A DNA stretch of 64,000 nt from Ignavibacteriota bacterium (GTDB lineage: Bacteria > Bacteroidota > Ignavibacteria > Palsa-1295): positions 1,632,001 to 1,696,000 of the forward strand of contig CAWBEI010000002.1 in assembly GCA_963787835.1 (NCBI GenBank). The letters run 5' to 3'. The position numbers and the translations under genes are program-made. Below are positions 46,905 to 57,264 of the stretch, in pieces; within the stretch, counting starts at the first letter, position 1, and each line of letters starts with the position of its first letter. The notes under the pieces were generated by a model. The model ran no database searches, was not told where the DNA came from, and saw only the letters and a list, made by a program, of their open reading frames with translations.

Positions 46905-49341
46905 ACTGCAATCAATGGAAAGTATAATGCAAAAATACTACCGTTTCCAACTTCGCTCGTCACTTCGACTTTTCCGTGATGCGCCTCCATGGTATGTTTT
47001 ACCAGCGAAAGCCCAATGCCCGCGCCGCCTGCCGCTTTCATTGTGGGATCGTTAATGCGGTAAAACGATTCAAAAATATGTTCCATTTCGTTAGGCGCAA
47101 TGCCATAGCCTTCATCCTGGACAGATAGAATCCCAAAATCGTTCTCCGATTTTGTTCGGATAGTGATGTGTTTCCTGTCCGGCGGTGAATATTTCATCGC
47201 ATTCGAGATCAGATTTGTGACCGCATCGAAAATAGCGTCATGATCGGCCTCGATCAATAGCGGGGCCGTCGAAAGGACCGCTTGTAACTCGAATCCATGG
47301 GAGGCGATCTGGTAGTTCAGCGAACGAAGAACGTCCCTTGCGATCTCATTCATGTTCCATGTTTTAAATGTATAATCCTTCGTGCCTTTTTCGATCTTCG
47401 CGAAGTCAAGAACATTCGTGATGAGCCGCGCAAGCCGATCGGATTCCCCCTCGATGATGGACAAATATTCGATGGTTTTTTGTCGTGGGAGATCTTCGTG
47501 ATCTTTCATCAGTTCCGCAAAAAGCCGAATAGAAGTGAGCGGCGTTTTAAGATCGTGCGAAACGCTGGAAACAAAGTACGATTTCAATTGGCTGAGTTCG
47601 GCCAGCCGCTCGGATTCTGCATGTTCAAGCACAAGCGCGTATTCCACATTGAGCCGTTCCAGTGCCAGCCCTGTTTGCGCGCTTATGGAACTAAGTAAAG
47701 AAATATCCTCGACGACAAAGCGCGTGCCGGAAAGTTTTTCACCCAGCACGAGAAAGCCCAGAATCTTTCGATTGGAGGAAAGCATTGGCAGGATCAACAC
47801 CATGCCCCAACGCGTAAATACTTCGCGGTCGGCGAGCTCGTATTCGATTCCCGGTTCGATCGCATCTTCCAGCGCAACAGGCAGTTCAAGCCCGGTCTTT
47901 AGATCGCTTGTTTTGAGGTGAACATGGCGGCGCTCCAGAAGATCGAAATTTCGGTGGGCAAGAAGTCGTAACCGATCGGATGGATCTTCCACGATAAAAA
48001 ACCCTATCTTGGCGATTGGGATAAGTGTGCCAATATTTTCGACGACCAGATCGGCAAGTCCTTGCTTGGTATTTATGAACTTTAATTTTTCGACAATGCT
48101 GCGCTGTGCCTCGTGAAAATTATAGGAAACTCGGAAGAATTTCTTATCGATATATTTTTGGGTTCTCCTTCGTAATGGATCGAAAAGCAACGCAATAAAT
48201 ACCGCGCCAATAATATTTGGCAGAGTCGAGGGAAGGCCCATGGCAAGGACCAATTGCGTAAAAAGTGCTACAATGCCGAGATAGACAACGAGAAGAACCG
48301 TGATCACAAACGTATAGACGGTGCTGCGCTGTAAGAATAGATCGATGTCGAATACTTTGAACCGGATAATGGCAATTGCAAAGCTCAGGGGGGCGACCGC
48401 CGAAAGAAGAATGGCAAATTGCTCATCCAAATTCTTTCCGATCAGCAGCTTCGGGATCGTATTGAGAACTAAATAGGCACTTGCGCCGAACACGACTCCA
48501 AAAAATATCCAACGGAGCTTGCGGCGTTCAAACTCGGAGGTAGTCGTACGGTACGCATGCAGCAAAATCGCAAATCCCACGATAAACAGTGCAGCAAAAA
48601 AAATAAGCGTTGTGTAATTGGCTGCGCCATACGCTCCATAACGATCCAGACGCACCGATGGATAGGCCGCATGAAGAAATGTGATCGAAGACCAAACCGT
48701 AATGATGGCAGCAATGAAATAGGCCGGAATAAGAAATGTTTTCTTATAACGGAATCGATCCTTTGGGAAGATAAGCGTGAAATGCAGAAAGAGCACCGGT
48801 ACGACGACGTAAGAGATAAGAAAAACTATTTCAAGGACGTATCCTAAGCCGTAGGGAGCAACAGTAAATCTGCCAGTCGTTACCACGATCAATGCAGCGA
48901 TAGCAACCGCTAAGTGATGAAAGACGTGGGCAGCCGTATCACGCTTTTGCAAGAGGATTACGGCAATTCCCGTCAAAAAGAATATCAGTGCAGCAAGAGA
49001 CTCGATAATAATCTTGGATGCAGGGTAATCCGTTATTAAAGCGATGGGAACGGTAATCGCATGTCCCTCTCGCTGTATCAACGTCGGGATCGTTTCACCG
49101 ATCGCCGCTTGATCGCAAAGGAACTCGATCTCATCCGCTGAAGACACCCGCTGGCCGGCGACCTCGATGACCGTATCACCGGATTTTAAAAGCGGGGTGT
49201 TGGCAGAGCTAATGACCAGTGCTTGCCCTTTTGCTTCCGTGCTTGCGGGAAATCCTGCTTTCTCGGACAGCCGATAGACTCCGAGCCGCACAGCGCGAGG
49301 ACGAGAATATCGATAACGAGAATAAGGGACGTTTGGCGCAT
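46901..49341 (-). CDS. Membrane sensor histidine kinase (PDZ-like, multi-TM, GAF-like, HisKA, HATPase) with an apparent 1-nt frameshift near 49286
   Basis: 'SHDLKTPL', 'NLISNAMKY', 'DEGYGI', 'GAGIGL'. The N-terminal TM helix is encoded in another frame from ATG 49341. Confidence 0.85.
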
Positions 49342-49697
49342 CTATTCGGGAAGCATCAAATACGATAGTCGTGAAGACGTTGGGGTGGTTGGGGTCTTTT
49401 CTACTCAATCACATACCGTATCAATTCATTCCCGTGCCGAGGAAGTCAGGTTTTATCTTTTTCAGAAGCGGTAACGGCTTTACAAACAACAGTAATACAC
49501 CAAACTTGAAACCTGCGACTGTTCCATCGCAAGATCGATTCCCTGAACAAGCTCCGCCAACAGATCGAAAACCAACAGAACGCGAAAACGCCGCATTAAT
49601 GATGAAATGAAAGTCATTAAAGTTCGAATTCGGTAACTTTCGAGTTGGGCAAGTGTTATTGTTATTGTAATTGTAACTTTTTCTTTGGAGATGAAGT

Positions 49698-50153
49698 ATG
49701 AAACGGCTTCTTACATTATTCATTTTTTTGATCGCCGGGTGTAGCGGGCCCACGAGTAATTCAAGTAACCCACCGCCGCCGGGGTGGGTTGCCAATATTC
49801 AACCAGGGAAATTCGCAGGGATTTGGAAGCTGGGCACGGTCGTCGATAGTTGTACGGCCAACGTGACGGAAGCCGATTCAATTCTCAGAGCTTCGGTCAG
49901 TAATCGGCGAACCGGGGAAGCCTTAACCCTTACTGGCGGATTAACGGTGTCTACGGCCAGTTCGGATATACGGCCTTATTTTCATGGCTTTGTTGTGACC
50001 GACAGCAGCAGTTTTTATGGTGACACTGATTTGGCACCAAGAGATCCTTTTGAGATAGACGCTATTTGTACTTTTTCCTATAATACAGATACTTTATTTT
50101 ATTCCACGAAACGTGGGACTGATTCATTATTCATAACTTGTATCCGTTCATAA
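49698..50153 (+). CDS. Hypothetical lipoprotein
   Basis: 'MKRLLTLFIFLIAGC' lipobox. Confidence 0.75.
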   Translation: MKRLLTLFIFLIAGCSGPTSNSSNPPPPGWVANIQPGKFAGIWKLGTVVDSCTANVTEADSILRASVSNRRTGEALTLTGGLTVSTASSDIRPYFHGFVVTDSSSFYGDTDLAPRDPFEIDAICTFSYNTDTLFYSTKRGTDSLFITCIRS

Positions 50154-50349
50154 AGCGCGTAGGTCGAGCGTCCTCGCTCGACACAAAGGGAACTGTGCCT
50201 ATTCGTAAACAATTCACATGTTCCAATCTTTATGAAATGGTTTTTGCCACAAACTATTGCAGTGCGCGCCCTTCGTGCACATGGTGAAGTAACAGCACAA
50301 AGTAGTTCCACTGCGCAGTGTCGAGCGAGGACGCTCGACCTACGCGCTT
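50153..50349. repeat. REPIN/MITE-like element with perfect 32-bp terminal inverted repeats
   Basis: AAGCGCGTAGGTCGAGCGTCCTCGCTCGACAC at 50153-50184 and its reverse complement at 50318-50349. GTAG followed by an internal hairpin. Confidence 0.85.
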
Positions 50350-50691
50350 GTACCGTTATCTGATGAGCCTTACTATTCCGTAAGTCCCCAAAATAATTTT
50401 ATTTTTTCGTTTTACTTGCATTCGGCTTGTGGGTGTCGTATATTAGGTGGTGAGATGATGGGCACCTGTATCAATTTTCAATTAAGAATGGAGAGTTAAG
50501 AATAGGGTGCTCAGTGGCTCATTGAAAATGGAAGCGGTATGTTTCATTATGAACGAGTTCTTTAGGAAGTGGCATTATGAATACCTGTTGGAACAAATGT
50601 GCGAAATTGGCTCAAATTCGAGGGTGGCGCAGGGACCATCGGGAACTCAGCAAGAAAAAGAAATGGCACCTATTTCCTGAAGAAAGGATAG

Positions 50692-50763
50692 TGACCCCTA
50701 CGGGATTCGAACCCGTTCAGCCACCGTGAAAGGGTGGTGACCTAACCATTAGTCGAAGGGGCC
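50692..50763 (-). tRNA. tRNA-Glu (TTC)
   Basis: Acceptor GGCCCCT/AGGGGTC; anticodon arm CCACC-CTTTCAC-GGTGG; T-loop GTTCGAATC. CCA not encoded. Confidence 0.95.
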
Positions 50764-50931
50764 TAATTTTCAATGAAGAATTAACAATTACGAATTAAGA
50801 ATGCTCAAATCGAAATTGCGGGGAGTAAAGCCGGAGAGGCGTTCTATTGTTCCTCTTTGCATCGATTCTTGTAATAATATCAAAAACGAAGCGTTCAGGT
50901 TCAACGTTAAGCTCGTCTTAATCATCACCAG

Positions 50932-51732
50932 ATGCCAGATCAGTTATATCTTGTCAATGCGTTCTCATCTAAGCCCTTCGAAGGGAATGTGACCGGAGTT
51001 TTTGTGCTGGAAAAGCCTCGCGAGATGGAGTGGATGGTTAAAATCTCCCGTTGCCTGAATCTGGTGGAAGCAGGGTTTCTCGTAGCAAAAAGCCCGAGCC
51101 GTTTCGATATGCGATGTATTGCGGGGTCTATCGAAGTTGATCTTGGCACCTCTTCTGCCCTTGCTTCAGCTCATGTGCTTTTCAGTCACCGGTTTGCCGA
51201 TTCACGGAGATCCATAGCACTTTCTGCCCATGCGGGCCCGATTTCTTCGATCATGGGCGGAACGCAGATCGAGGTGAATTTTCCAGCTCTATCCATTCAA
51301 GAGATCGAGCCTCCCGAGCAAATTTTGCAGGCCATCGATCCGGCACCTCAATTCGTTGGGAGACGAGGGGATAATTATATCATACAAGTTAGCTCGGAAT
51401 CGAAGCTTAAGAAAGTGCAACCGGATTTCAAATTGGTCGATACACTCGGAATTCATGGACTAATTATTACTTCTAAAGCGGCTGCTGGACGTGATTATGA
51501 CTTTGCGTTGCGAGCGATGCAACTTCAGCCTCGCTATGGTCTGGATGCTCCAGTTGCCAGTTGGGCCTATGCTGCGCTCGGACCATTCTGGATCGGGCGG
51601 CTTGGAAAAACAAGGTTAAGAGGATTCCGGCATGCTTCGAGATCGATACCTGTCAAATTAGAGGTCGATGGGGACAGGGTGAAAATGTTCGGTGAAGCGA
51701 TCACGATCTTTCACGGAGAATTGAGCATCTAA
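50932..51732 (+). CDS. PhzF-family protein, degenerate
   Basis: 'YLVNAFSSKPFEGN', 'NLVEAGF', 'EVDLGTSSALASAHVL', 'VQPDF', 'YDFALR'. Confidence 0.8.
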   Translation: MPDQLYLVNAFSSKPFEGNVTGVFVLEKPREMEWMVKISRCLNLVEAGFLVAKSPSRFDMRCIAGSIEVDLGTSSALASAHVLFSHRFADSRRSIALSAHAGPISSIMGGTQIEVNFPALSIQEIEPPEQILQAIDPAPQFVGRRGDNYIIQVSSESKLKKVQPDFKLVDTLGIHGLIITSKAAAGRDYDFALRAMQLQPRYGLDAPVASWAYAALGPFWIGRLGKTRLRGFRHASRSIPVKLEVDGDRVKMFGEAITIFHGELSI

Positions 51733-51734
51733 TT

Positions 51735-52616
51735 CTACCGTGAAAGGAAAGCGAGATGTCCTTTTCCCTCGAAAAAAATCTTTGCTTTTTCTGCGACATC
51801 CGGATCCTCAAATAATCCGTAAATTGACGATCCTGAACCGCTCATGAGTGCAAAGCTCGCCCCATGGGAATAAAGGGAATGTTTAATTTCTGCGAGCTGA
51901 GGAAATCGTCGAAAGATCTCCGGTTCAAAATCATTACGAAGCTGATCTTTCCACCGATGAAATAATGGCGGATGAGCAAAGAATTTTTGATAGTCAAGAC
52001 TGACGGTACTCTCGCTGGGAGTAACCGAGGCATATGCCTCACGAGTGGATATCTGAATGTTGGGATCGAATATAACAAGTATGGATGCGTGGAGACCTAC
52101 ATCCAACGGTACCAGTTTCTCCCCAATGCCGCTGGCCTGGGCAGCGGCTGCTCCCGTAAAAAAGAACGGAACATCTGCACCAAGACGAGCCGCCAGCGTC
52201 AAAAGGGTTCCATTATCTAATGCGGAAGAGAGATTCGTGCTGTTAGCGGTATCGTTTGAAGAAGCATGCCAATCTCTAAGGATCTGCAGCATTGTCGCTG
52301 CATCGCTGGAACCGCCTCCGAGGCCTGCCCCAATAGGAATGTTTTTTTCGAGATGGACGTGGAGCTCGGGCAGCGGTTCCTTTGTTAGCGAGGCAAATGC
52401 TTCTGCGGCGCGAAACATAAGATTCCTATGGTTGGTGGGAAGGGACGGTTCGGAACACGTTAGCTGAAAAAAGCCGGAGTGTGTGACGGTGATCACATCA
52501 TGCGGTTCCGCAATGCGGCAAAAAAGAGTATTGATCTCGTGATAGCCATCGGGACGTTTATACAGGACTTCCAGGCCGAGGTTGATCTTTGCAGGGGCAA
52601 CGTAGGTTTCGAGCAC
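51735..52616 (-). CDS. ispE: 4-(cytidine 5'-diphospho)-2-C-methyl-D-erythritol kinase
   Basis: 'APAKINLGL', 'KNIPIGAGLGGGSSDAA', 'LGADVPFF', 'NDFE', 'MSGSGS'. Confidence 0.96.
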   Translation of the reverse strand: MLETYVAPAKINLGLEVLYKRPDGYHEINTLFCRIAEPHDVITVTHSGFFQLTCSEPSLPTNHRNLMFRAAEAFASLTKEPLPELHVHLEKNIPIGAGLGGGSSDAATMLQILRDWHASSNDTANSTNLSSALDNGTLLTLAARLGADVPFFFTGAAAAQASGIGEKLVPLDVGLHASILVIFDPNIQISTREAYASVTPSESTVSLDYQKFFAHPPLFHRWKDQLRNDFEPEIFRRFPQLAEIKHSLYSHGASFALMSGSGSSIYGLFEDPDVAEKAKIFFEGKGHLAFLSR

Positions 52617-52635
52617 GATCTGTTCTATCTATCCT

Positions 52636-53724
52636 TCATTCGATGATCCCTCCTCCAACAAGATCATTACCTTCGTACAAGGCAACGGACTGTCCCGGAG
52701 TTATTGCGCGTCGCGTTTCATCGAATCGGACGTGAATGCGGTTTCCCGGAAGCGGCGTGACGAATGCCTCTGCACCCTCGTCCTTATATCTTATTTTCGC
52801 TCGTACGTGAAGGCCAACCTTCGGCAGGGCATCATATTTAATAAGGTTCACGCTGTTGGCCGTGAGTTCCGAAGCCAGAAGATCATCATCGTCGCCAAGT
52901 AAGACTTGGTTGTTAACAACATCCAGCCCGGTGACATACAGCGGAGCAGGGTGGGATGGAATGCTAAGTCCCAACCCTTTACGCTGGCCGATCGTATAGA
53001 ATGGAACTCCATCATGATGGCCTACGCTCTCGCCGGCAAGGACGAAATCCCCGATGCGCGCGAATTCGCCGATGTTATCTACCGTTTCGCGGAGGAACCG
53101 GCGGTAATCGTTGTCGGTGACGAAGCAAATTTCGTAGCTTTCGTGCTTATGCTCGAGACCCAGCCCAAATGTCTGCGCCATTTGGCGTACTTCTAGCTTG
53201 GTGTAATGCTGGAGCGGAAACATTGTGCGCTTGAGGTGTTCCTGCCGCACAGACCAAAGAGCATAGGTCTGGTCCTTGTCGGAATCCGCAGCGCGAGATA
53301 GAACCATACGTCCATCTTGATCGCGAAGCTTTGCGTAATGTCCTGTAGCGATGAACTCACACCCCAAGGCATCGGCCTTGCGGAGCATCGCGGCCCATTT
53401 TATTTCGCGGTTGCATCGCACACAGGGATTTGGTGTCTGTCCTGCTAAGTAGGTATCGGTAAAGTACCCAATCACTTCCCGGCCGAATTCCTCTGTCATA
53501 TCCGTGACGTAATGAGGAAATCCGAGCTTCGCAGCGACCCGTCGGGCATCGTTAATGCCGTCCAGCGAGCAGCAGGAGGTATCATGAGCCTTATTCCCAC
53601 CGACATCCTCATACTTATAGGTCTTGATGGTCATCCCGATCACGTCGTGCCCTTCCTCAACGAGCAGCGCCGCTGCTACGGAGGAATCAAGCCCGCCGGA
53701 CATACCTAATAAGACCTTTGCCAT
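52636..53724 (-). CDS. mnmA: tRNA 2-thiouridine(34) synthase
   Basis: 'MSGGLDSS', 'TPNPCVRCN', 'ATGHYA', 'KDQTY', 'YTIGQRKGL', 'TPGQ'. Confidence 0.96.
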   Translation of the reverse strand: MAKVLLGMSGGLDSSVAAALLVEEGHDVIGMTIKTYKYEDVGGNKAHDTSCCSLDGINDARRVAAKLGFPHYVTDMTEEFGREVIGYFTDTYLAGQTPNPCVRCNREIKWAAMLRKADALGCEFIATGHYAKLRDQDGRMVLSRAADSDKDQTYALWSVRQEHLKRTMFPLQHYTKLEVRQMAQTFGLGLEHKHESYEICFVTDNDYRRFLRETVDNIGEFARIGDFVLAGESVGHHDGVPFYTIGQRKGLGLSIPSHPAPLYVTGLDVVNNQVLLGDDDDLLASELTANSVNLIKYDALPKVGLHVRAKIRYKDEGAEAFVTPLPGNRIHVRFDETRRAITPGQSVALYEGNDLVGGGIIE

Positions 53725-53832
53725 ATGGTCGGCACAACAGGGAGGCGGATGAAGGGGTTCAAAATGCCTGAGCGGGAACAGATCTGAAGAAATCCATCTT
53801 AATTATAAAAGAAATTCTCAGGAGTAGTGTGT

Positions 53833-55341
53833 ATGCGCATTGTTTTTACCACGTTAATCGTAGTTCTTGCTGCACCTTTGGGGTATGCTCAGTCAATCGG
53901 ACTTGTTCCAAGCAATCTTGTTGTGCCCACGCAATTCCAACGTTTTTACGATACGGTTCACACCGTTAACTTGCCGCCGGGATTTACGGCTACCGTATTT
54001 TACACTGGCACATTAAATGCTCCTCGATTTATGGACTTTTCGCCAGCGGGCTCGTTGTGCGTTGCTGACGAAGGGCTTAACGCGGTGATCGCCCTTATCG
54101 ATAGCGACTTAGATGGGGTTGTGGACACTGCCATCACGGTCGCAACCGGCACTGACAATGCACATAGTATCGCATTTCATGATGGAGGTTTGTTCGCAGC
54201 GAGTCCAAACCATGTCTGGCGATACGGTAACCCTCTATCCTCGGGTGTCTATACAACCAGTCAATTATTTATTGATACAATAGATTCCGCTCCGCAAGGT
54301 GCGGATAATCATACTTCCCGGACGCTCCTCTTTGATGATCCCAGCAACTCGTTGTATGTCAGTGTTGGTTCGCCGTGCGACGCCTGTCGTGAGACCGATA
54401 CTACGCGTGGCGCAATTTGGCGATTCAACATGGATGGCACTGGCCGCCAGACCTTTGCAACGGGGCTACGAAATGCAGTAGGGCTTACAATGGATAGTTC
54501 TCATACGCTATGGGCAACCGTTGCAGAGCGCAACAACCAGGGAGAATATGTGCCAGGAGACCTCGTTACGGCTGTCGATAGTGGTAGATGGTATGGGTGG
54601 CCTTTGGCCTTTGGCGATCATCAATGGGATAATTTTTCGATCGATTCAGAATATAGCGCGATGCTGCCTATTACGCACGCCGATACAGCCCAGGTTCAGA
54701 ACATGCGTGTTCCTGATGCAACCGTAGATGCCCATTCTACGCCATTAGGAATAGTGTACTACGATGATACTACTCTGCCGCCTCTTTATGATAAATCATT
54801 TTTTGTTGCAGTACATGGATCTTCCCCCGGCCCGGACGGACGAATTGTTGCGAATGGCTCAAAGATCGTGCTTGTCACAAAAATGAATGGAGTGTGGAAT
54901 GCCACCGATTTTTGTACAGGGTTCCTTACCGATTCAATTAATTACATCCGTTGGGCCAGGCCGCGCGGCATCATTATGGATCATAAAGGAAATATTTATT
55001 TTTCGTCTGATTATTCGACTACGCACGCTCCTGCTGCAATATTTCGAATCAGTTATGACGTCAAGAACGCCGTGAAATCTGCTACCAATGATTCCCTATC
55101 TGTTGATGTTTCGCAAAATGGAGACTATATAGAGCTTCGGATCGAAAACGCTTCGGGTTTAAATCCCTTCTTCTTCCTTTACGATGATCTTGGACGCAAA
55201 CAACCGATAAACCTTACCCCTGTAGAAGCATCACCATCAGAGCGAAGCTATCAGGTCGATATTGGTTCCTTAAAACGAGGCATCTATTTTCTTGTCATAG
55301 AAACTGCTCAGGGAGAGGTTGTTCGAAAACTGTTGCATTAA
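53833..55341 (+). CDS. PQQ-dependent sugar/sorbosone dehydrogenase-like protein with T9SS CTD
   Basis: 'LPPGF', 'LYVSVGSPC', 'ATGLRNAVG', 'YGWP', 'AHSTPLG', 'RPRG'. C-terminal 'LYDDLGR...RGIYFL'. Confidence 0.85.
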   Translation: MRIVFTTLIVVLAAPLGYAQSIGLVPSNLVVPTQFQRFYDTVHTVNLPPGFTATVFYTGTLNAPRFMDFSPAGSLCVADEGLNAVIALIDSDLDGVVDTAITVATGTDNAHSIAFHDGGLFAASPNHVWRYGNPLSSGVYTTSQLFIDTIDSAPQGADNHTSRTLLFDDPSNSLYVSVGSPCDACRETDTTRGAIWRFNMDGTGRQTFATGLRNAVGLTMDSSHTLWATVAERNNQGEYVPGDLVTAVDSGRWYGWPLAFGDHQWDNFSIDSEYSAMLPITHADTAQVQNMRVPDATVDAHSTPLGIVYYDDTTLPPLYDKSFFVAVHGSSPGPDGRIVANGSKIVLVTKMNGVWNATDFCTGFLTDSINYIRWARPRGIIMDHKGNIYFSSDYSTTHAPAAIFRISYDVKNAVKSATNDSLSVDVSQNGDYIELRIENASGLNPFFFLYDDLGRKQPINLTPVEASPSERSYQVDIGSLKRGIYFLVIETAQGEVVRKLLH

Positions 55342-55357
55342 ATCAAGGAGCAGAGTG

Positions 55358-55441
55358 TGCCCGAGACCGGACTCGAACCGGTACGTCCTTGCGAACGGCA
55401 GATTTTGAGTCTGCTGCGGCTACCAATTACGCCACTCGGGC
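55358..55441 (-). tRNA. tRNA-Leu (CAA)
   Basis: Acceptor GCCCGAG/CTCGGGC; anticodon arm GCAGA-CTCAAAA-TCTGC; long variable arm; GTTCGAGTC. Confidence 0.95.
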
Positions 55442-55447
55442 TTTTGC

Positions 55448-55532
55448 AGTACCGAGTGATGCGTAACGAGTACCGAGTGGGGAAGAAACCTATTCTTCTC
55501 TACTCGGTACTCGTTACGCATCACTCGGTACT
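55448..55532. repeat. Perfect 31-bp inverted repeat built from GAGTACC-type heptamers
   Basis: Arms at 55448-55478 and 55502-55532. Related arms at 11205-11216 and 11283-11294. Confidence 0.85.
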
Positions 55533-56008
55533 CATTTACCGATCGATACCACCTTCAGTTCCAACAATCCAGCCGGAACTTTAACATGTACTTCTTCACC
55601 AACTTTTTTATTCATCAGCGCACGGCCAATGGGTGAAGAGACCGAGATCTTCCCACCTTCGAAATCTGCTTCTTCAGCAGAAACCAGCTGATACACGCTA
55701 TCTTTATTTGTTCTGTTATTTTTGACCGTCACGCGGGTCATGATGCCAACCTTATCCGTTTGGATATTCGTCTCGTCGATAACGGCAGAGCGCGCCAGCA
55801 CATCCTCCATTTTGCGGATGCGAAGTTCCAGAAGGCCCTGTTCCTCGCGAGCGGCATCGTATTCGGCGTTCTCCGAAAGGTCGCCCTGCGCGCGTGCCTC
55901 GGCGATGCGCGCCGCAATATCCCGGCGACCATGAAACCGAAGGTTCTTGACTTCCTCTTCTAATTCCGTCAGACGCTGCCGCGTCATGTATATCTTTTCC
56001 TGATCCAT
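55532..56008 (-). CDS. greA: Transcription elongation factor GreA
   Basis: 'ARAQGDLSENAEYDAARE', 'ISVSSPIGRAL', 'VPAG'. Confidence 0.96.
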   Translation of the reverse strand: MDQEKIYMTRQRLTELEEEVKNLRFHGRRDIAARIAEARAQGDLSENAEYDAAREEQGLLELRIRKMEDVLARSAVIDETNIQTDKVGIMTRVTVKNNRTNKDSVYQLVSAEEADFEGGKISVSSPIGRALMNKKVGEEVHVKVPAGLLELKVVSIGK

Positions 56009-56057
56009 TTTGTGTCGCATGGTCTCGGGCGACCCCGCCCGACTTACCACATCCCCT

Positions 56058-56106
56058 CAAATAAAAGGAGAAGGCATCCCGAATCGCTTGGATGGGATAC
56101 CTTCTC
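56058..56106 (-). terminator. Leader terminator upstream of greA (possible attenuator)
   Basis: Minus strand: GAGAAGGTATCCC / GGGATGCCTTCTC stem followed by CTTTTATTT. Confidence 0.6.
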
Positions 56107-56474
56107 GGTAGAATATTCTCTGATTGTTTCCTTCAAAGCGCATTTTTGCCTTAATCTGTTCCCCGAAGATTTTTGATCGCACTTATTGCAGAATTTCCAG
56201 ATCAAAATAAGTAATTGGCTATGGGAAAAGAGGCGAATTCAACAATTCAAATTGTCATGATTTTTTTTCTGTTGTTTTCAACATTATCATTCGGTAACCT
56301 GAAATCATTATGTTTGTGGTCGTGCTTGTTTTTGTATAACATTTTCACGGCAAGTTTTCGTATTTCATATAACTTCATTTCGGACATTTCGTATTTCGGC
56401 TTTCGCCGCGAGAAATCTTTTTTCAATCAATGAAACTTTCGCTCGATTCCCGCCACTTAAGCTAAACGGTTGTC

Positions 56475-57242
56475 ATGTCCGAAGTTTTTGATTCTCATTT
56501 TTCAAGTTCGATGCAACAGAAGATTGAACTTTCCGTCATTATTCCCTCGCTGAACGAAGCGAGGAATATTGCCAAGGTTGTCAGCCAGTTTCATGCGCTC
56601 GATGGCGTATGCGCTTACGAGGTCATCATCGGAGATGGTGGCAGCACCGACGCTACCTGCGAGATCGCTGAATCTCTCGGTGCTCGGGTCGTGCACGATA
56701 CCCACGAGCCGAAGACCGTTGCGAGCGGCCGTAACGCCGGCGCCGCCATAGCCCGAGGAAGCATCTATATGTTCTGCGATGCCGATACCGCGCTTTCCGA
56801 TGTCAAAGGCATTTTGCGTGCTTCCCGCCAGATCTTCCAGGACCCGAACGTCGTCGCAGCGATACCGCGCATGGAAGTATTTCCAGAAGAGAAACTCTTG
56901 AAGGACGAACTCTTCCATTCGGTCTTCAACAGTCTGATCAGGATGAGCTTCCTCGTCAACATGCCGCTCTCCCGTGGCCAGTGCCAGATCATCCGCGCCG
57001 ACGCCTTCCGGAAAGTCGGTGGATACAATTCCGATCAGGTGCATGCCGACGATAACACCATCTTCCAGGATCTTTCGAAGATCGGGAAGCTCCGGTTCCT
57101 GAACGATTTCATTGTTTATGAATCGCCCCGGCGCTATCGCAAATATGGGTACATGAAGCTTTCCATGATCGGAGTTGGAAGCATACTCGCCCAGTCCATC
57201 TTAAAGCGCAATGTGCTCGAAAAGTGGGAGCGGGTGGATTGA
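56475..57242 (+). CDS. Glycosyltransferase family 2
   Basis: 'SVIIPSLNE', 'DGGSTD', 'RNAGA', 'FCDAD', 'SPRR'. Confidence 0.9.
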   Translation: MSEVFDSHFSSSMQQKIELSVIIPSLNEARNIAKVVSQFHALDGVCAYEVIIGDGGSTDATCEIAESLGARVVHDTHEPKTVASGRNAGAAIARGSIYMFCDADTALSDVKGILRASRQIFQDPNVVAAIPRMEVFPEEKLLKDELFHSVFNSLIRMSFLVNMPLSRGQCQIIRADAFRKVGGYNSDQVHADDNTIFQDLSKIGKLRFLNDFIVYESPRRYRKYGYMKLSMIGVGSILAQSILKRNVLEKWERVD

Positions 57243-57264
57243 CAGGACTGCATTAGTTCACATT

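Noticed and set aside
50350-50763. Integrated element at tRNA-Glu or tRNA-Leu
   Set aside because: No integrase and no duplicated tRNA 3' end (att site) seen.
55357-55584. 75-aa plus-strand ORF
   Set aside because: Antisense to tRNA-Leu and the hairpin repeat.
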